From Eledone cirrhosa (lineage: Eukaryota): a stretch of DNA of 64,000 bases. Positions 56,096 through 64,000 of the stretch are shown here, piece after piece (the first letter of the stretch is position 1; every line of letters begins with the position of its first letter). The position numbers were made by a program, and so were the translations under genes. The stretch lies in assembly GCA_964016885.1 (NCBI GenBank), contig OZ024742.1, positions 335,978,001 through 336,042,000 of the forward strand, written 5' to 3'. Under the pieces are notes generated by a model. The model made no database searches. It was given only the letters and a program-made list of their open reading frames with translations, and had not been told where the DNA came from.

Positions 56096-56204
56096 GTCAC
56101 TGTCATTCCATTTCGTGATGGACGTTGCTTTGCCGTGGAACATCGCTGCTCGGTTAGATCACAGTCACACTACACGTAATACATACCACAGCATCTATAA
56201 CATA

Positions 56205-59200
56205 CCACTACAGCTACTACAGCCACACCACTACAGCTACTACAGCCACAACACTACAGCTACTACAGCCACAACACTACAGCTACTACAGCCACAACAC
56301 TACAGCTACTACAGCCACACCACTACAGCTACTACAGCCACAACACTACAGCTACTACAGCCACAACACTACAGCTACTAGAGCCACAACACTACAGCTA
56401 CTATAGCCACACCACTACAGCTACTACAGCCACAACACTACAGCTACTACAGCCACAACACTACAGCTACTACAGCCACAACACTACAGCTACTACAGCC
56501 ACAACACTACAGCTACTACAGCCACAACACTACAGCTACTACAGCCACAACACTACAGCTACTAGAGCCACAACACTACAGCTACTATAGCCACACCACT
56601 ACAGCTACTACAGCCACAACACTACAGCTACTACAGCCACAACACTACAGCTACTACAGCCACACCACTATAGCTACTACAGCCACACCACTACAGCTAC
56701 TACAGCCACAACACTACAGCTACTACAGCCACAACACTACAGCTACTACAGCCACAACACTACAGCTACTACAGCCACAACACTACAGCTACTACAGCCA
56801 CAACACTACAGCTACTACAGCCACAACACTACAGCTACTACAGCCACAACACTACAGCTACTACAGCCACAACACTACAGCTACTACAGCCACAACACTA
56901 CAGCTACTAGAGCCACAACACTACAGCTACTATAGCCACACCACTACAGCTACTACAGCCACAACACTACAGCTACTACAGCCACAACACTACAGCTACT
57001 ACAGCCACAACACTACAGCTACTATAGCCACACCACTACAGCTACTACAGCCACAACACTACAGCTACTACAGCCACAACACTACAGCTACTACAGCCAC
57101 ACCACTACAGCTACTACAGCCACAACACTACAGCTACTACAGCCACACCACTATAGCTACTACAGCCACACCACTACAGCTACTACAGCCACAACACTAC
57201 AGCTACTACAGCCACAACACTACAGCTACTACAGCCACAACACTACAGCTACTACAGCCACAACACTACAGCTACTACAGCCACAACACTACAGCTACTA
57301 CAGCCACAACACTACAGCTACTACAGCCACAACACTACAGCTACTACAGCCACAACACTACAGCTACTACAGCCACAACACTACAGCTACTAGAGCCACA
57401 ACACTACAGCTACTATAGCCACACCACTACAGCTACTACAGCCACAACACTACAGCTACTACAGCCACAACACTACAGCTACTACAGCCACAACACTACA
57501 GCTACTATAGCCACACCACTACAGCTACTACAGCCACAACACTACAGCTACTACAGCCACAACACTACAGCTACTACAGCCACAACACTACAGCTACTAC
57601 AGCCACAACACTACAGCTACTACAGCCACAACACTACAGCTACTAGAGCCACAACACTACAGCTACTATAGCCACACCACTACAGCTACTACAGCCACAC
57701 CACTACAGCTACTACAGCCACAACACTACAGCTACTACAGCCACACCACTATAGCTACTACAGCCACACCACTACAGCTACTACAGCCACAACACTACAG
57801 CTACTACAGCCACAACACTACAGCTACTACAGCCACAACACTACAGCTACTACAGCCACAACACTACAGCTACTACAGCCACAACACTACAGCTACTAGA
57901 GCCACAACACTACAGCTACTACAGCCACAACACTACAGCTACTACAGCCACAACACTACAGCTACTACAGCCACAACACTACAGCTACTATAGCCACACC
58001 ACTACAGCTACTACAGCCACAACACTACAGCTACTACAGCCACAACACTACAGCTACTACAGCCACAACACTACAGCTACTATAGCCACACCACTACAGC
58101 TACTACAGCCACAACACTACAGCTACTATAGCCACACCACTACAGCTACTACAGCCACACCACTACAGCTACTACAGCCACAACACTACAGTTACTACAG
58201 CCACAACACACCACTACAGCCACACCACTACAGCTACTATAGCCACACCACTACAGCTACTACAGCCACACCACTACAGCTACTACAGCCACAACACTAC
58301 AGCTACTATAGCCACACCACTACAGCTACTACAGCCACACCACTACAGCTACTACAGCCACAACACTACAGCTACTACAGCCACAACACTACAGCTACTA
58401 CAGCCACAACACTACAGCTACTATAGCCACACCACTACAGCTACTACAGCCACAACACACCACTACAGCTACTACAGCCACAACACTACAGCTACTACAG
58501 CCACAACACTACAGCTACTACAGCCACAACACTACAGCTACTACAGCCACAACACTACAGCTACTAGAGCCACAACACTACAGCTACTATAGCCACACCA
58601 CTACAGCTACTACAGCCACAACACACCACTACAGCTACTACAGCCACAACACTACAGCTACTATAGCCACACCACTACAGCTACTACAGCCACACCACTA
58701 CAGCTACTACAGCCACAACACTACAGCTACTATAGCCACACCACTACAGCTACTACAGCCACACCACTACAGCTACTACAGCCACACCACTACAGCTACT
58801 AGAGCCACAACACTACAGCTACTATAGCCACACCATTACAGCTACTACAGCCACAACACACCACTACAGCTACTACAGCCACAACACACCAGACAGCTAC
58901 TAGAGCCACAACACTACAGCTACTACAGCCACAACACTACAGCTACTACAGCCACACCACTACAGCTACTACAGCCACAACACTACAGCTACTATAGCCA
59001 CACCACTACAGCTACTACAGCCACACCACTACAGCTACTACAGCCACAACACTACAGCTACTACAGCCACACCACTACAGCTACTAGAGCCACAACACTA
59101 CAGCTACTAGAGCCACACCACTACAGCTACTACAGCCACAACACTACAGCTACTACAGCCACAACACACCACTATAGCCACACCATTACAGCTACTACAG

Positions 59201-62050
59201 CCACAACACACCACTACAGCTACTACAGCCACAACACACCAGAGAGCTACTACAGCCACAACCGTACAGCTACTACAGCCACACCACTACAGCTACTACA
59301 GCCACAACACACCACTACAGCTACTCCAGCCACAACAATACAGCTACTACAACCACACCACTATAGCTACTACAGCCACACCACTACAGCTACTACAGCC
59401 ACACCACTACAGCTACTACAGCCACAACACTACAGCTAGTACAGCCACAACACTACAGCTACAACAGCCACACCACTACAGCTACTACAGCCGCAACACT
59501 ACAGCTACTACATCCACAACACTACAGCTACTACAGCCACAACACTACAGCTACTACAGCAACAACACTACAGCTACTATAGCCACACCACTACAGCTAC
59601 TACAGCCGCAACACTACAGCTACTACAGCCACAACACTATAGCTACTACAGCAACAACACTACAGCTACTATAGCCACACCACTACAGCTACTACAGCCG
59701 CAACACTACAGCTACTACAGCCACAACACTATAGCTACTACAGCAACAACACTACAGCTACTATAGCCACACCACTACAGCTACTACAGCCACAACACAC
59801 CACTACAGCTACTACAGCCACAACACTACAGCTACTATAGCCACACCACTACAGCTACTACAGCAACAACACTACAGCTACTACAGCCACAACACTACAG
59901 CTACTACAGCCACAACACTACAGCTACTACATCCACAACACTACAGCTACTACAGCCACAACACTATAGCTACTACAGCAACACCACTATAGCTACTACA
60001 GCAACAACACTACAGCTACTATAGCCACACCACTACAGCTACTACAGCCACAACACTACAGCTACTACAGCCACAACACTACAGCTACTACATCCACAAC
60101 ACTACAGCTACTACAGCCACAACACTACAGCTACTACAGCCACAAGACTATAGCCACACCACTACAGCTACTACAGCCACAACACTACAGCTACTACATC
60201 CACAACACTACAGCTACTACAGCCACAACACTACAGCTACTACAGCCACAACACTATAGCCACACCACTACAGCTACTACAGCCACACCACTACAGCTAC
60301 TACAGCCACAACACTACAGCTACTACATCCACAACACTACAGCTACTACAGCCACAACACTATAGCTACTACAGCAACACCACTATAGCTACTACAGCAA
60401 CAACACTACAGCTACTACAGCCACAACACTACAGCTACTACATCCACAACACTACAGCTACTACATCCACAACACTATAGCTACTACAGCAACACCACTA
60501 TAGCTACTACAGCAACAACACTACAGCTACTACAGCCACAACACTACAGCTACTACAGCCACAACACTATAGCTACTACAGCAACACCACTATAGCTACT
60601 ACAGCAACAACACTACAGCTACTACAGCCACAACACTACAGCTACTACATCCACAACACTACAGCTACTACATCCACAACACTATAGCTACTACAGCAAC
60701 ACCACTATAGCTACTACAGCAACAACACTACAGCTACTACATCCACAACACTACAGCTACTACAGCCACAACACTATAGCTACTACAGCAACACCACTAT
60801 AGCTACTACAGCAACACCACTATAGCTACTACAGCCACAACACTACAGCTACTACAGCCACAACACTACAGCTACTACAGCCACAACACTACAGCTACTA
60901 CAGCCACACCACTATAGCTACTACAGCCACAACACTACAGCTACTACAGCCACAACACTACAGCTACTACAGCCACACCACTACAGCTACTACAGCCACA
61001 ACACTACAGCTACACCACTACAGCTACTATAGCCACAACACTACAGCTACTACAGCCACAACACTAGAGCTACTACAGCCACACCACTACAGCTACTACA
61101 GCCACAACACTAGAGCTACTACAGCCACACCACTACAGCTACTATAGCCTCAACACTACAGCTACTACAGCCACAACACTACAGCTACTACAGCCACACC
61201 ATTATGGCTACTACAGCCACAACACACCACTACAGCTACTACAGCCACAACACACCACTACAGCCACACCACTACAGCTACTACAGCCACAACACTACAG
61301 CTACTACAGCCACAACACTACAGCTACTAGAGCCACAACACTACAGCTACTACAGCCACACCACTACAGCTACTACAGCCACAACACTACAGCTACTACA
61401 GCCACAACACTACAGCTACTAGAGCCACAACACTACAGCTACTACAGCCACACCACTACAGCTACTACAGCCACACCACTACAGCTACTACAGCCACAAC
61501 ACTACAGCTACACCACTACAGCTACTATAGCCACAACACTACAGCTACTACAGCCACAACACTACAGCTACTACAGCCACAACACTATAGCTACTACAGC
61601 CACAACACTACAACTACTACAGCCACAACACTACCGCTACTACAGTCACAACACTACAGCTACTACAGCCACACCACTACAGCTACTACAGCCACACCAC
61701 TACAGCTACTACAGCCACAACACTACAGCTACTATAGCCACACCACTACAGCTACTACAGCCACACCACTACAGCTACTATAGCCACAACACTACAGCTA
61801 CTACAGCCACGACACTACAGCTACTACAGCCACAACACTACAGCTACTACAGCCACAACACTACAGCTACTACAGCCACACCACTACAGCTACTACAGTC
61901 ACAACACTATAGCTACTATAGCCACACCACTACAGCTACTACAGCCACAACACACCACTACAGCTACTACAGCCACAACACACCACTACAGCTACTACAG
62001 CCACACCACTACAGCTACTACAGCCACAACACACCACTACAACTACTACA
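56205..62050. repeat. Minisatellite, 23-bp unit CACAACACTACAGCTACTACAGC
   Basis: Direct read. Confidence 0.95.
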
Positions 62051-62129
62051 GCTATAACACACCACTTCCACCATAACACGACAACTACAGCTACAACACA
62101 TCAATTCCACCATAATACCACAACTACAG

Positions 62130-63903
62130 CCACATCACACCACCAGACCACTACACCACACCACAACACTATACCACGCTACATGTCTAACAGGATAAAC
62201 ACAACAGTACACCATTACACCACATCACACCACCAGACCACTACACCACACCACAACACTATACCACGCTACATGTCTAACAGGATAAACACAACAGTAC
62301 ACCATTACACCACATCACACCACCAGACCACTACACCACACCACAACACTATACCACACTACATGTCTAACAGGATATACACAACAGTACACCATTACAC
62401 CACATCACACCACCAGACCACTACACCACAACACTATACCACACTACATGTCAAACAGGATAAACACAACAGTACACCATTACACCACATCACACCACCA
62501 GACCACTACACAACACCACAACACTATACCACGCTACATGTCTAACAGGATAAACACAACAGTACACCATTACACCACATCACACCACCAGACCACTACA
62601 CCACACCACAACACTATACCACACTACATGTCTAACAGGATAAACACAACAGTACACCATTACACCACATCACACCACCAGACCACTACACCACACCACA
62701 ACACTATACCACGCTACATATCTAACAGGATAAACACAACAGTACACCATTACACCACATCACACCACCAGACCACTACACCACACCACAACACTATACC
62801 ACACTACATGTCTAACAGGATAAACACAACAGTACACCATTACACCACATCACACCACCAGACCACTACACCACACCACAACACTATACCACACTACATG
62901 TCTAACAGGATAAACACAACGGTACACCATTACACCACATCACACCACCAGACCACTACACCACACCACAACACTATACCACACTACATGTCTAACAGGA
63001 TAAACACAACAGTACACCATTACACCACATCACACCACCAGACCACTACACCACACCACAACACTATACCACACTACATGTCTAACAGGATAAACACAAC
63101 AGTACACCATTACACCACATCACACCACCAGACCACTACACCACACCACAACACTATACCACGCTACATATCTAACAGGATAAACACAACAGTACACCAT
63201 TACACCACATCACACCACCAGACCACTACACCACACCACAACACTATACCACACTACATGTCTAACAGGATAAACACAACAGTACACCATTACACCACAT
63301 CACACCACCAGACCACTACACCACACCACAACACTATACCACACTACATGTCTAATAGGATAAACACAACAGTACACCATTACACCACATCACACCACCA
63401 GACCACTACACCACACCACAACACTATACCACACTACATGTCTAACAGGATAAACACAACAGTACACCATTACACCACATCACACCACCAGACCACTACA
63501 CCACACCACAACACTATACCACACTACATGTCTAACAGGATAAACACAACAGTACACCATTACACCACATCACACCACCAGACCACTACACCACACCACA
63601 ACACTATACCACGCTACATATCTAACAGGATAAACACAACAGTACACCATTACACCACATCACACCACCAGACCACTACACCACACCACAACACTATACC
63701 ACACTACATGTCTAACAGGATAAACACAACAGTACACCATTACACCACATCACACCACCAGACCACTACACCACACCACAACACTATACCACGCTACATG
63801 TCTAACAGGATAAACACAACAGTACACCATTACACCACATCACACCACCCGACCACTACACAACACCACAACACTATACCACACTACATGTCTAACAGGA
63901 TAA
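62130..63903. repeat. Satellite, 90-bp unit, ~20 near-identical copies
   Basis: ACATGTCTAACAGGATA at 62181, 62271, 62361 and onward. Confidence 0.95.
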
Positions 63904-64000
63904 CCACACCAAACCCCTACACAACCGTCACAAACGGCTTAACAATTCATGTACCACCAACACTAACAATAACATTTCCAATACCGTTACCACCACCGCC

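Noticed and set aside
37850-63903. Regular arrays as CRISPR
   Set aside because: Head-to-tail units with no unique spacers, no cas genes, eukaryotic context.
52150-64000. Telomeric repeat
   Set aside because: No (TTAGGG)n/(CCCTAA)n array.

Overview
Eukaryotic, repeat-saturated animal DNA. The SINE families resemble those of octopod cephalopods; this is my recognition, not a search result. No intact host gene was found. 1-5.9 kb: two Tx1/L1-clade fragments and an R4/Dong-like retrotransposon, each bounded by (TAA)n. 6-23 kb: (TA)n tracts hold at least nine unrelated asymmetric hairpin inserts. Each is an inverted repeat plus a unique 33-110 bp tail. They range from 28-bp arms to a 4.3-kb Penelope-like element (PLE; RT + GIY-YIG), and several carry hammerhead ribozyme motifs, some with non-canonical cores. 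One SINE shows the same fold-back structure. 23.7-28 kb: a decayed hAT transposon split by an RTE LINE. 29.5-64 kb: mostly satellites built from trinucleotide words (24-, 56-, 23- and 90-bp units, with kb-scale duplications) plus SINE clusters. Main candidate system: a (TA)n-targeted, ribozyme-bearing fold-back insertion process that also captures non-PLE sequence.
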